Assembly: GCF_035084215.1 (NCBI RefSeq)
Contig: NC_090335.1
Coordinates: 68,820,001 to 68,884,000 of the forward strand
DNA length: 64,000 bases
Source: Heptranchias perlo
Taxonomy: Eukaryota
Direction: 5' to 3'
Positions within the stretch are counted from its first letter, which is position 1. Each line of letters starts with the position of its first letter. A model generated the notes under the pieces. The model made no database searches and was not told the DNA's origin. It saw only the letters and a list, made by a program, of their open reading frames with translations. This document shows positions 63,798 through 64,000 of the stretch, piece after piece. Both the position numbers and the translations under genes were made by a program.

Positions 63798-64000
63798 GGG
63801 CTTCATTTTAGCACCCGCTATCGGGTGCGTTCCTGGCGGGGGGGCTCTGAAAATCGGGGAATCCTGGAGCGTGTCGGGAGCCCGGCTCCAACCCGCCCAC
63901 TTCCGGGTTCCCCACAGACGCGCCGGCATGCACGCGCAGCCCCCGCAGGTGGGAATCCCGCAGGCAATTAAAGCCAGCGGGATGCCACTTGACAATATTT
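63798..64000. mobile_element. left end of a Harbinger element related to 10912-14149 (runs off the window)
   Basis: GGGCTTCATTTT TIR; GGAGCCCGGCTCCAACCCGCCCA..GGCAATTAAAGCCAGCGGGAT shared with 10995-11090. Confidence 0.85.

Overview
Vertebrate nuclear DNA, most likely from a cartilaginous fish, inferred from the repeat families (CR1/L2 LINEs, DeuSINE/SacSINE1-like SINEs, Neptune-type Penelope elements, Harbinger elements). The window is dominated by one + strand gene for a giant type-I membrane mucin. I can splice 11 coding exons in frame with canonical GT-AG sites from 14680 to 62126, giving about 9,190 codons; the signal-peptide exon was not found. One exon is a 25,977-bp Thr/Pro/Glu tandem-repeat exon. 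It is followed by FN3, SEA, EGF, calcium-binding EGF, a 4-Cys linker, a second SEA, a transmembrane helix and a short Tyr-containing tail. This C-terminal module resembles UMODL1 more than mammalian MUC3/12/13/17. The rest is transposon debris. The most informative pieces are two palindromic Penelope-like insertions with 13-bp target-site duplications and minimal hammerhead ribozymes, and an internally deleted two-gene PIF/Harbinger element with related MITEs. Repeat boundaries are approximate and family names come from recalled motifs, not from database searches.
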